A stretch of DNA of 38,950 nt. Origin: Paraglomus brasilianum (Eukaryota). The stretch covers positions 1-38,950 of the forward strand of contig CAJVPI010000249.1 in NCBI GenBank assembly GCA_910592345.1, given 5' to 3'. The position numbers and the translations under genes were made by a program. Every line of letters starts with the position of its first letter. The first letter of the stretch is position 1. This document shows positions 22,905-35,806 of the stretch, in pieces. The notes beneath the pieces are model-generated. The model did no database searches. It worked only from the letters and a program-made list of their open reading frames with translations, and had not been told where the DNA came from.

Positions 22905-25434
22905 TTATAGTGCAGTCGCAATACCCACTCCTAGTCCTGTACTTTCAAACAAGACTGGAATTGTATCGACAGCAAGGTATCCGATACCTACAAATTGAAT
23001 TAGACATTCACGCCGTTAGACGGCACGTCATCATATTATCTTGTGCGCACAACTCTCTCCATCTCCCGAATTCCAACGTAAACTTACCAGAATAAACTAT
23101 CAACTTGGTAACAACATCAACGTCGTATCGAATCGTTGTAACATTATTGAATAGACCCTTTTCCAATTTTTCTGCAAAATATTTTACATGGCTATTCCCG
23201 TCTATTGTACCGTTACTTTCACTCTTATTCTGCCTACGGTTTAGTCCCTGCTCCTTTTCCTTCTCGGCATCTAAATATTCGTATGGATCTGCCGTTGAAT
23301 GTACATCAAACTCTTTGGTTGTTCGGGGAAGATCAAATACAGATGGGACCATGTGTGTCTTGCATTTACTTTGATCGTTTGGTGCGTGTGTGTGTGTGTG
23401 TGTGTGGGGGGGGGTAATGCAGATTAAAATGATTGTTAGACTATCAAACAAGTACTTAAACCCAAATTGAAATCAGTGATTTACCTTGCCGAAAGATTGT
23501 TCTTACAACATGGGAGATTAAGAGCACGATATAAAGGTGGTAACGTAATATAACATAACTTCTTCATTACGTATCTCCATAGAAATAATATCGCAATGCC
23601 TAACATAGCAATGAATGTTAATCAATCACGCGTAGACAAGAATTCCCATTTTCACTATTAATTCTCCCTGCTTTTCGTCTCGAAATATAAACACGAACCA
23701 ATTAAAATTCTGGTGATTGTGACAACCGGTCCGACGATCTCATACTCATATGGAACGTTTCCTCTACCATACCCGATGTGGCTAAACTTCGATCTAGCAA
23801 ATCGCCAGCTCCCAGATGTTAAACCCATCATAACACCAGCAAAGGCAAATCTGTGTATAATTCATAAAACTAATTATAGAAAGAGTAATATTGGCAAATA
23901 TATAACAATAAAAGTATAAAAACGTACGCGTCGTCGAAGCATGGGCAATTATCGATTGGTTCAGGAAATATGTAAATGAGAAACAAAATAACTGAACTCA
24001 TAATCATTGGAGCTAAAGTAACGATACATATGTGTTAGCAAAATTAAAAGTCTTTTTTAACGAAAAAAATGGGGACATATGAGGCTCACCCATCCAGCTA
24101 CCGTCCAAGACAAAATCATCGAGATCTTGCTGCCAAGCCCATTGGAGCCACGACAATGTCACACCCATAACAATACCACCGGTGATATCTTCAAGGCAAA
24201 AAGAAGATACGATTATATGAGTGCCAACCTTGTTAACTGATCCCAAGTGACATATTCACACTATATCCTTTCAACGATGTCTCGGGAAATTTACTACTGT
24301 TCCCTTTTCACAATCTACCCGACCCGCATGTTCAGCCAGCGCTCTCTTCGCATTCCGCCCTCTCCGCATTCTGCCCTCTCCGCATTCCGCCCTCTTTGCA
24401 TTCCCGTTATCTACCAATTAACCTACCAGTGAAACTATGCATCCCGCAATAGACCCTTCCGATAACCACGCTAAGGCAGTATATCGAGAATGCAGCAATC
24501 GAGATTATTTTTGTTTCGTATTCCAAGTCAGCAACGGGCAGTATAAAGGCAATAAAGTAGACAGTGACCGATACCGCATTTACGGAATGCGTGGACGGAA
24601 AGCCATATTCCAATTGATGTGAATTCGACATTGTCAATCGGCGAATTGGAGGAGACGGTGGGCGGGGAAGACAAAAGATGTCCTATAAAATACGAGTAGC
24701 ACGTAAAAAAAGCGCATGTAAGCACGAAAAGAAAAAGGAATATTATAAGCTGTCTACGAAAAAGTAAGCTTACTTTGAATGCCCACTTGCGGAAATCATA
24801 TGAATCGACGCTCTCAAGACTTGCCCCTCCGATTTATCTTACCTTTAGGAATCCTGAAAAGAATACTCCGGCTGCCAACATCGTGGTAAGTCTAACAAGA
24901 GTAGAGATAACCGACATTAGTTTCCTTGTCGTTTCGAGTCGAATGCATGCGTGTATTTATTTGTTGTAATCTTTTCCTCTCGCACATCTCTACTCATCCT
25001 TCCCCTCTCCACACTTACCCTCGACCCAATTGCGCATAACCAAACCAAAACAGAAGCGGCAAACACACCATAAAGAATGTGTGTGCTCCTAGATTCGACG
25101 AGTAGACAAAGTACAAATCGAGCCAGGGATGACGCCTCGACTGGAGTACGGACGATTGTGATAAAGAGGAATTCATTTAGACACTTGTAAGCATCTCACT
25201 CTAGCTAACCATGTTCTCAAGACCTGTTTCTCATCAACAAACCTGAATCCACATTAACAGATCCTTCTCTTTTGCGACGGCCGCTAACAACACGCGGCGA
25301 ATTCTTGCCCCTATAGGCGACAATCTCTTCTCGTAATAGGGCTCTGGTCGTAATCCTGACTCGACAGGAGGGTTTGGGGTAAAAGCTTTTTCATTATCGT
25401 GCTTCATGTTTATTTTGTGCTCGAGAGAAGCCAT
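22905..25434 (-). CDS. LCB3: Sphingoid long-chain-base-1-phosphate phosphatase (PAP2 family, Lcb3/Ysr3/SGPP-like), multi-exon
   Basis: SNLGAHTFFM, FLK/DIFCLPRPPSPP, EYGFPSTHSVNAVS, GRVYCGMHSFT/DITGG, DNCPCFDD, RYDVDVVTKLIVYSG/IGYLAVDTIP...TAL* (stop 22905-22907). Confidence 0.9.
23382..23414. repeat. (GT)n microsatellite plus poly-G in an intron
   Basis: gtgcgtgtgtgtgtgtgtgtgtgtggggggggg. Confidence 0.8.
24349..24405. repeat. 16-bp tandem repeat (about 3.5 copies) in an intron
   Basis: cgcattccgccctctc / cgcattctgccctctc / cgcattccgccctctt / tgcattccc. Confidence 0.8.
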
Positions 25435-28400
25435 TAGGGAAGAAGAGCCGAGTGCCTATATACAAAGTTGAGTTCGTCGCACACGGCAGAGTTGATAATC
25501 TAAAAGTAATACTGAATTCCAAACTTGGGATGTCGACGTGAACAAATAAGTTACATAAGATCTTTTCAATACCTTGTTAACTAAGGAATGTCCCAATTAA
25601 AACAAGATGGAAAGCAGATGGATTGTTCCTTGAGAGCATATTAATAGAATTTTAGCTTGACAACGGGTCTACGGTCAAATATAATATTAACGGCTAATCA
25701 TTTAGCAGGTTGACCTATTTTAGAACGGATATTTATTAATTCCAAGCTCTGATACGATATAAATTCCAACTAGTATATCGTAATTTCGAATAATCAATGG
25801 CTTTTTAAAAGTCTGTTCTGCTGTAAACGGCATGTCGCTGATAGAATGTTATCATTATTATTGACCGACACGTTTTGCTGATCGGCCAAATTCAGGGACA
25901 ACGTGCGTTTTATTGACAATTGGCATTTACACCAAATTGTATAAAATAGTATAGCCACTAAATCATGAAATTTTCTTATTAAAAATAACGTTAAAACAGC
26001 CTCTTCTCGGTCTGTCGAACAGCAGAGAGGGAAATCGCATGCCGAAATTATGATAAATCGTGTATTGACAGTTGCCATTCTAATTCAGTTTTACTGGTTA
26101 CAAAGAATTCGTTGGTCTCTGACATCATATTTGTCGAGGAAAAGATTAGTGCCCATGCACGTAAACTTGTAAGAGAAAATTAAAGTTGTGGAAAGGAGAA
26201 ATGGTTAGAACCCAGCCAATACGAAAAGAGCATTTAAAGGGCAAGGAAAAATAAATCCAAAGCACGCTCGTAGTTCAGATTGACAATCAGCCAATCATCA
26301 GTATGCTGTCAAATTATTGCAAACACTGTGTGTCAATTAATAGAAGCCTCTGTCACAGTCATTCGTGAAAGTCGCAGAGGGCATCTTCGCCATTTAATTG
26401 TTAGTCAGGGGATTGACCAGTTCCTGGTAGATATTTTTCTGAACAGGTCAGTAACCCTGGAATCCCAGATGAGCGCTAAAGCCCTTGTAACAAATTCAGG
26501 ATTTCACCAATAATCCCGAAAATAAAACTAGACTTATTTAACGTACCGACTTTTATTAACATGCGTGCTTATTATTTGTTGGTTACTTCCTTGTAATATG
26601 TCGCAAGGGCGATTGCGATTCTAACACAAGTGTTATAATGGTGACTGAGTAGCAGAATAAAAAGTCTTCTTTGCGGCCTACAAGACTAGAAGACACCAAT
26701 CTAAATTTCAGGCTATTACACCTACGTATCATATTGTATTCTCTAATTGGTTATGTTAGAAATTAGTTCTATAAAGCTTGGAAATAAAGTCTTACACCAT
26801 TGAAATTAGTTCTACAACCAAAATGATATTTATCACCGATGCGCTTACTATAATCGATATGGCTAGTATATGAATCAAGCATAATGGCAGAATGGTCTTC
26901 TGTGGGTAATTATGTTAACCATAACAATCATGAACAGGCCCGCGTTTATTAACAGAGAGCATTGTTTCGTGGCTGCAAGTAAAAAGATCTGCACAATACT
27001 GCAACGAAGATTTCATTTTTCGTTCCATCACTACATATCGATATACAGCCGTCGATCCTATTTTAACGAGTTAATTTTGTGATGATTTGTACTTTTCTTG
27101 GCAACACGTGATAATGTTTACCGAGATGGATGAGAACTTTCTTATGGGAAAAATCGACCGTGCATAATCAATCATCAGAAGCATTTTTTCTTTGCTCGGG
27201 TTATTTCCGATTAAGGATGCATAATGGGCTATACGACTTTGCAGTGTTGTAATGACGCGCTCTAATGACATATGCTTTTATCTATTCTTGTGACATAGAG
27301 AGAGACGAAACACACAACGATGAAACGACATATACCCCCCTGGCATTAAATTGATATTTAACGCTGATGCTGAAACTAACCAATGGGATTAGAGAATATA
27401 ATCTGATCGTGATCAATTGGCAAACCATTTCCGTTTTTCTTTTGTTGCCAACCAACCAATTAAAGATGCCCTTTTGTAACGTGGGAATTATCTGCTTATC
27501 ATGCTGATTAAGGAACTATTGACATTTTGGTCTACAAGTTAACACTTGACCATACTATGTACTACTGTTGCAATTACGATTACTAGTCTTAAATATGATT
27601 AGCCGTCGTAAAGTCAAATGATGTAAATGATATTCAACGTCTGGCATCAGATGACCGACTCTGTATCATCCATATCGAACTTCACGTTACGATCATTCGA
27701 ATCTCTCGAAGAGCAATGCACCATTGAATGAAGAGCCCTGACTTTTACCAGACGATGAGATAAATGACACTTCATGGTTGTTTATACCGAGTAATGGGGC
27801 AAATGAATGTTGGAGGCGTCCAAATATCGTCATCTGTTTGCATTTTTATAACAAGTCATTGTTGAGAAAACGCATTTGTTTGTCATTATTGTACCTTTCT
27901 CATAACCATTACTAAGCTTTTGTGTATTTACAGACCGCGTTTGTCTCGCTCTTTTTGACAATCACCTCATCCTGCATCACCCGATCATTATGACGCTACA
28001 AAGGTGATACTTGTGTAATAAATATCCCTGGAAATGAATGTTGTGCGTGATCATTTATATCACTCACATATATATTTATATTTATTTATACATTGATAAC
28101 ATAATTAGCTCTATATGCTAGGCCTGAATGTCGTGACATATTACCAAATGCGTAGTTTAGTCAATAATACTAAACAACAAAAAACCTTTCAGATTCGCAA
28201 TTCTATACTTTATTATTAAGCCTTGTTTAGCCTTGTGCCTTTGTATAAGAGCCAATGTACATTCTTGATATAAAGGCTGTAATTACTACCGAAGTAAACA
28301 TGCTAATACCATCAGTTGTCACAGTTAATATGTAAAAATAAGACTAAATATAAATACACTTTATAGTGATAGTAAAAAGCCTTTTTAGTGGGCGTGTAAA

Positions 28401-28701
28401 GATGTTCCGGATTTGCCGTGTGTGGTACTATCTTTTTTTTTTTCCACCAAATTAGTAGTAGACTTCGGTAACAGACGTTTCTTCGAGGAAAGGGTTGTTG
28501 GCTATAGACAATATTCTGTGTGAAATGGATAATCGCATTCATTGCCATTTTGGGATGGTCAAGTGAACTGAACGGGGTTACAAATTAGTTTTGCATACAT
28601 AAAAACAATACATAAAACATGTATATAAATATGACTCTCCACACCTTGCCAACGCTTTCAGTTCTCACGAACGGATTGAATATATAATTTAAAAAATAAT
28701 A

Positions 28702-30625
28702 ATGGCTAGTCTTGACGAACAAGCAGAGATGTCTACCAGCTCGTTTGACAAAAAGAAAGGCGTCCCGCCAACTATGGGAATCATATCAATGGAGGTGGGT
28801 TAACAATGCAGAGAATACGTAAAGAATGTGGAGAATCCGTAAAGAATGTGGAGAATCCGTAAAGAATGTGGATAAAACCATGCGAATTGAGAAGTTGTAG
28901 ACATATTAGGCATTACGAGTGCCTACCGAACCTCAAGCTTTGACTAATTTGGTTTATCCTACGTTCTTAATTAGCCTCTTAATAAACAAATCTTGCAACC
29001 ATCGTATGCAAACGAACTTCCACTTAACGATACTCAGCACGGTTTTTACGGATCAATGATTAATGTACGGAAATATTCATTTTCAAATGGGCAAATTGAT
29101 CAATTATATAATTCGTCCTACTGACAAATTGCTATCAACAGGTTCTGGGAAACGTGTGTGGATTTTTTGGGGCGGTAAGCATGATACTAATATTCGAATT
29201 AGGATAATAATGGTCACTTTGTTTATAACTATCATGAAATTCATGCACTTTCTTCATCTGATTGTCTGCAGAATCCAATTTGTTGCTGCTGCCCTAATCC
29301 GTATAAACGAGTTGATCAGGGCTTCGTGGGTCTTGTCTCTAGATTCGGCAAGTTTTACAAGTCTGTTGATCCTGGATTGGTTAAAGTCAATCCATTATCA
29401 GAGAGTATTCGCAAAGTCGATGTCAAGGTAAATTACGAGAGATTTGTAGAGTACAATTATAAACGTTTGGTCACATTCTGTTGCTTTGTGTCATATTTAT
29501 GATTTTACTCTTTGCTTTTACTGTAGATACAAATCACCGAAATCCCGAAACAAGCAATAATGACCAAGGATAATGTATACGTTCATATCGATTCCGTAAT
29601 CTATTGGCATATTATCAATCCATACCAATCTACGTTTGGTATTGCTGATGTCCGTAAAGCTCTCATTGAACGGTGAGTACGAGAGAGAGAGTGTGTGTGA
29701 GAGATAAATTGTGAGAATATGTGACCTATCGACAACCGTACAAGAGGCTGAGTTGTGTAAAACTCGAAAACTTATGATCAGCTTGGTTTCTCAAAAGTTA
29801 ATTTCCACATTATTATTCATCTACAGGACCCAAACAACTTTGAGACACACACTTGGCTCGAGAGTTTTACAAGATTGTATTGAAAATCGCGAAGCCATTG
29901 CATCTGAAGTGTTGGAAATTATCGAAGAACCTGCGAGTCTCTGGGGAGTGAAAGTAAGGAGAGCTCCGCATATAAATTATATTAGTCACTAATATGTCGT
30001 TCTTTTTGAATTATACTGACATGTCCATCCACCTACTTACTGCCTTATCAGATCGAAAGCATCTTGATCAAAGACATACAATTCTCAAAGGAACTCCAAG
30101 AATCACTTTCTTCGGCTGCACAAGCACAGCGTATCGGACGATCTAAAGTCATTGCTGCTCAGGCTGAAGGTTAGATACAAAATTATACTATTTAGTCATT
30201 GTACATGGCCCTGTCAACAGTCCCAATAACCGTTTACTTTCATAATCCCTATACAGTTGACGCAGCGAAATTAATGAGACAAGCAGCAGAATTACTCAAC
30301 ATTCCTGCCGCTATGGTATGCATATCCTACTGAATCTCATACATACAGAGTCCGTTCTATTTCTTTGGCGACTTGCGTGCTCATTTTTGCCTCTTTTTTT
30401 TTTTTGTAGCAAATTCGTTACTTGGAAACTATGTCGTCAATGGCCAAAGGACCGGGGACAAAAACGATCTTTATGCCATATTCGCCAGATGGCGTGCATG
30501 CGCATTCAGGCATTGGTGCAGTTGGTGCAACTTTTTCCGGCGAGATCGCCAATCATCATAACGAAGAATCAAACATGACAAAAGACACTTTCCAAGCCTA
30601 CACGATTGACTCTACATCTGGGTAA
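28702..30625 (+). CDS. Stomatin/SPFH (band 7) family protein, about 9 exons
   Basis: ICCCCPNPYKRVDQGFVGLVSRFGKFYKSVDPGLVKVNP, MTKDNVYVHIDSVIYW, TQTTLRHTLGSRVLQDCIENRE, WGVK/IESILIKDI, SSAAQAQRIGRSKVIAAQAE/VDAAKLMRQAAE, QIRYLE. Confidence 0.93.
28811..28870. repeat. 20-bp tandem repeat x3 in stomatin intron 1
   Basis: GAGAAT(A/C)CGTAAAGAATGTG x3. Confidence 0.85.
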
Positions 30626-30639
30626 TCGGTTATAAAGAA

Positions 30640-30662
30640 AGAAGAAGAAGAAGAAGAAGAAG
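30640..30662. repeat. (GAA)n microsatellite in the stomatin 3' UTR
   Basis: agaagaagaagaagaagaagaag. Confidence 0.8.
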
Positions 30663-31299
30663 GAGTTTTTGGTGTGGTGGCGGTAGTTAGTGGGCATTCG
30701 GCGTGTGACTACGTAATTAAAAGTTAATTGGATTATTATCATGCTTTATGAATTAACTCAAACTCATTTAATATTAACTTTATTCTATTGAGAATAAACG
30801 ATCCGTTATATAATACGCACGTGTAACGTCTCTATTATTTCCCCGACTGAAAATCTCTTGTTCGTAATTAATTCTCCGATTGGTTACTTAGTGATCTTGT
30901 TCCCATATGCCATTCTAATTCTTTCACAATGCCCCGTCGTTTCATCGTCCATTGCTACTTCTCCACAATGTTATGTCCACCAGAGTTATTTCCTTCACTC
31001 GCGCCACATATCGACTACCATTTTCTATAATAATAAATAGAGTCGGAAACATATGTCATGGTAGGTAATAGTAAACGCTTGCGGATGATCTGACTGCTCT
31101 GGAAGAGAATTGCCGGGATGATGAATGAGAATTTTCCTAAAGGTTCAATATATGGGATGTAGCATCGATATAATAATGAGGTGTCTTGTATTTTTATTTG
31201 GAGGTCCAGCGACAAGGAGAAGTGTCGTAACGACCATCGCGCTTTCAGGGACTAGTTTTCTCATGAAAGAATGGAGTGTCTTTGTTTATTGCAAAGGTA

Positions 31300-32148
31300 C
31301 AGTGGTCATAAATATCCGGAATTTTGATCCGGTGCAGAAAAAGTCACGTAGCATAACCAATTTTGAACCAATACAAAATTGGTATTAAAGTATCGTGCAT
31401 CATAACCAAACGCGTCACCGCTAACTTGTTTGCAATCTGTTTTCGCGTCTGTTAATGAAAAAAAAGTCAACCGGTTCAAAGTTTGAAGCACAAAGAACAG
31501 TTGTAAGCCAGCTTTGGAGTTTTGCGTTCCTTTATTATGTAAGCCAGCTTTGGGCAAATAACCTGCTGAAATCATACGTTTAACAGGTTTTCCGAAATCC
31601 ACAGTGTATGATTTAGTCAATCGACTTAAAGAAAGGTCACTTCCCATACCTGGAAGACCTCCAATTCTTACTGTTAAACAACCCCGTCACCTTGGTCAAA
31701 TAGTGCAGAACAATAATACCGTTACCGCAGCCGAAATGACTGAGAGACTGAAACAAAAAGATCCTAATCTGAAAGTTTCCGTTCGTACTGTTCAGCGTAC
31801 ATTTAAGTTTTTCGTCTACTTCGGTTTCCTCTTCTACAGCCTTATCATATTCACATTCTTGATTACTCGCCGGATATAAACCCAATCGAGAATTTGTGGG
31901 CAATATTTAAGGGAAAAACGTAAATTAGCGGTTAATAAAAAAAAGCTTGACTTTCAAAAATAATTCGTGATAATCTCTTAGGTTAGCGAATAGTATGAAA
32001 AATCGCGTTTCGGAGGGAATTGAGTGGGAGGGAAAAAAGAAATTTTGTACATAGTTAGTAACTGTACGAAATTTAAGCATACAAAAATAATGAAAATAAA
32101 ATATTTTATTTGTGAGATTAAATTCCGGATATTTATGACGACTCACTA
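31300..32148 (+). mobile_element. Internally deleted Tc1/mariner DNA transposon retaining the HTH part of the transposase
   Basis: Perfect 20-bp inverted core GTCATAAATATCCGGAATTT at 31305-31324 and 32120-32139, CAGTG/TAGTG termini and TA flanks. Peptide EIIRLTGFPKSTVYDLVNRLKE..PGRPPIL...TAAEM...VSVRTVQRT. No DDE domain visible. Confidence 0.88.
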
Positions 32149-32319
32149 TATGTTCTTAATCGCAAATCATGACGGGATTTGCAGAGTTGTTTTATTTTTC
32201 ATCGTGAAAGGATTTTCGGTTGCGTCTATGCTATAACGCGTCGATGTCACCTAATTACGTTAAACTGTTTGCCGAAAATGTCTTCTGGAAAAAACCCCCC
32301 AGCTTTAATCCAATAACTC

Positions 32320-33020
32320 TTTCCACATGATTATGAGCATATCACAATCGTGCTTTTTTTGTGACGAGCTCGCCACCTTTCACTCTATCACATCAGTGAT
32401 GTGTTAATGTCAAGGGGATATTGTACTACAATCTCCTTCCCTTGCCCAGTCGAAGTCTATGAACATGACAAGGGGGGTAAATTATTATCTCCATTAATTC
32501 TAACCAAGAAATTAGAACTACGCGAACCCAGTCACGTGCTCAACAATATCATTAACCTTGCTTTTAACTTTAACAGACAGAAAGCCGCGAGAACATTGAT
32601 CACAGGTGGAATATATAGTACATTCAGATCTATGGCATTCATGACTGCCATTAACCACCCACTAGGAATACATTCACAACTATGAAGACGAGGTGCATAA
32701 CCTTGGTTGGCGCAATGATTATGAGCATCTGCTGAATAAATTTGATGTAAATGTCTTTGCCCATGTCATTTTAGTTATAAGTTGTGACACATATTCGAAA
32801 TAAACAGTAGCATCTCCATCATTATAATCACACTTGTATGGAAACTCTGGAATTTGTAGAGGTTGCAGTAATTGTGCAAGTAATTCACTCTCATAATATG
32901 TTTTCAGGTTCTGAATAGCCTTTTTAAAGGCAGCAAAAGTGCATGCAGCTGTAGTTCTCAAATCTTTCTCATAAGGATTCCAGGCAAGTGGCAACATGGG
33001 AGTTAATTGGACCATGTGAT
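32320..33020 (-). pseudogene. Frameshifted protein-kinase-like gene (fungal lineage-expanded, Crinkler-associated-type kinase)
   Basis: Fragments in shifting frames: QLTPMLPL...FPY..FEYVSQL, IYIKF/YSADAHNHCANQGYAPRLH..GWLMAVM, RSSNFLV, FIDFDWA/GKE..QYPLDIN, KHDCDML. Confidence 0.7.
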
Positions 33021-34617
33021 TTTTTTGGACATGCTGACCCAGCAAAGCCAAAAGTCGAACCTTAAAAAATTTCATGTAAACTTACTGTGCTGTTACGGCA
33101 TGACTCAGATAAGCAAGTCACATGGTAAAATCTTCCTTAGCAGTCAAGCAAAAAACGACAGCGTCGCGCATTTTCAGTGTCAGATACACCGTGTCGATTT
33201 TTGAGTGTCAACACAAACGCCATTAGCTAACTTAGAATATGATTGGAGAAATTACGATTATTTAATTATTTTTAGCTCCGTTTCGATTTTTGAGTGTCGC
33301 TAAAGGTATATAAGCGGCCCTTATCCCATCGTCGAATTCTCATGTTGTTCATGTTGTTAATGCTATTCATATTGTAAACGTCCGTTGATCTATTACTCTT
33401 AATTGAGAAACGAGAGCCAATAATTATTTATTGAAACGAAAATTGTTTAATTAGTTTATTAGAGAACCCGACTAGTCGAAACACCAAATTGAAGATAGCC
33501 CTGTTTAATTATTAAATAGATTTATTTCCCCCTTGATTCTGCGGTAGACTAATTGTTGTTGTTATTCTATCGTGGGTACCCTTATTTGGATTACGAGTGA
33601 CTGAAGCTCGTATAGGGAGTTAGGAAGCGCGCAATTCAATCACATAAAATAGGCTTGTAGATTTAGAATTCAGTCTCAATTACTGTAAGCTTAGTATTGG
33701 TATTATTGCGAAATTTAGTGAAATGTTAGGTCGAATAAATTGTCGCAATCTTGACTAATATACAAAGCAAATAATTGACATGTTCAAGAGCTGATTTATG
33801 AGAAATAAATTTGGTTATTGGGAAGTCTTCTGATTCCGATAATTTTTATAGACTCCATTGTCGGCGTATACCTTGTGTGTTCGAACGACCTGACGCAGAT
33901 GGACGAAATTCTGTAACTGGAAAAGGCAAATCGACGCGTCTGAAGATCACTGATTACCTCGATAACAATCAGTCAATCTATTGATTGTAACATGACGATG
34001 GCATGCGAAAGAATTGTTTTCTATGTATAGACGGTGCAAAAAATGAGTTTGGTTCAACCACGGGATTAAAAAAACGAGGTAATAACTTCGGTATTAGTAT
34101 ATTGAGATAAAAAAATTTCCGGCCTTCCTTTAACGTAAATTGTTAATAAATTTCGGCTTATGCTATAACAAAAATTTGGGAAATCAGAAAAACTTTGGTT
34201 TAATGCAATTTTGGCTGAGCGTGGCTGGGAGATTCCTATTTTATATTTAGAAAACATGACAATACACTGGAGATTGGGCCAAATGACGTATTCTTGTTGA
34301 GAACAAAGAGGCAGTGTGTATTTCAAGCTTAATCAATATAACAGTGCATTAACGACTTTAGCAAGACATTGGAGTCACACATATGTATGAGTGTAGAAAG
34401 TATTATCGTCAGGATAGATTGATGAAGACACTATTTAAGAGATTTAAAATTAGATAATTTCCGTCCAACCAGGTGAAGTGTTAATTTTAAAGTTATCGAT
34501 TGTGGTCACATTATTTAATTGATTTGCAACGTTTTACAAATGTCGTGCATAAGTACCCCAAAATTGATATGGCCCCTAAAAATCTTTCTTGTCTCAATCG
34601 GATTGCGAGTCATATAA

Positions 34618-35806
34618 TGTAACCCTTGTGTTTACTACCAAGCATATTTCACTTATGTAACATATTAACAATATAATTTTATTTTTTCATATAATATTAA
34701 AAGTATACACTTCAATTATTCTTACAATTAACGCTAGTTTTTGTGACATCGACTGTCACATTTCTTTTTTTGCTTTTCTACAACCACACCGGCTATCAGT
34801 GCATGCGCCTCTACAAGTACGCCGTATCTGCTCGATACAACACTTTGGGCACTTGCTGCCTCTCTCAATGCTGAGGTATATCATCCAACTCAGGGAATTC
34901 GGCGGTTTCCACTAAATTCAAGTCATTACATCCATAAGTAACATTCAAAATCCCAGAGGCACATTCTAGCCGATATTTTCTATTTGTTTTTTGCAAGGTA
35001 GTAATGGCCGATCCATAATGTGTCGATCGATACATGGAATTAGAACAGCGACTATAGATCCAAGAAAATCGATTTTCCTTTTGAGAGGCGAATATCCAGT
35101 CGCGCCTTTTTACGTGTTCCGTTCAGCTATCTCCCTAATTCTGCATACCGAGTTCTATTGATTGTAAATCAATATATTAATATTGAACAGAAATCATATA
35201 AAAATAATTGGTGGATGGGTACATTTGGTGTAGCAGCTACTTCTTCTTCGGAAAATTCGTCAGCGTTTCATCTACGGTAATAAATGCAAGTTTAGTACAA
35301 ATATGCGGTATGTAAAATATGATTTTCTGCGTGACCATAAATTCGCATTCTTTGTTTAATGTTAATATTACCGGGTTCTTCAATTCCCGAGCTAAACTCT
35401 CGGCTTCATTCGTCCATTTTAGAAATCCATTTGTCCATTTCCTCCTTGTTTATTCCAGGATTGTTTCTATGACGTTCACAGCTTTAATTCGTTTTACACG
35501 GACTCCGTCGGGAAATTCTTCTTGTAACCCACAATACATAATCCACATCACTCTAAGCCTATTCCATGGGCCGACAAAGTTACATATAATTTGAGACTTT
35601 GCAACAACGGTTATAATAACAACGAGAATTTAATATATGATAATAGGCCGTTAATATATGTCTTCGACAGTTATGGCAACAATGACAACAACGACAATAC
35701 AACAAAGGAATTGATTACGTGTAACATCAGAAACAGATTTATATGATACATATTAATAAGAAAGTGAAAATAGCTTATGCTTGGTGGTGAAACACAAGGG
35801 GTTAGT
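34618..35806 (-). mobile_element. Degenerate Ginger-like (KRBA2/SCAND3-like integrase) DNA transposon with TIRs
   Basis: TIRs TGTAACCCTTGTGTTTACTACCAAGCATA (34618) and reverse complement TAACCCCTTGTGTTTCACCACCAAGCATA (about 35776-35804). Minus-strand fragments GPWNRL, IDRHIMDRPLLPCK, YRLECASGILNVTY...FPELDDIP, and the Cys cluster CRGACTDSRCGCRKAKK/CDSRCH. Confidence 0.7.

Noticed and set aside
25794..28548. Several short ORFs in the LCB3-stomatin intergenic region
   Set aside because: No recognisable motifs or consistent exon chain.
33160..33300. Repeated TCGATTTTTGAGTGTC motif
   Set aside because: Only two near-exact copies plus one partial; probably a TE subterminal remnant, with no boundaries definable.
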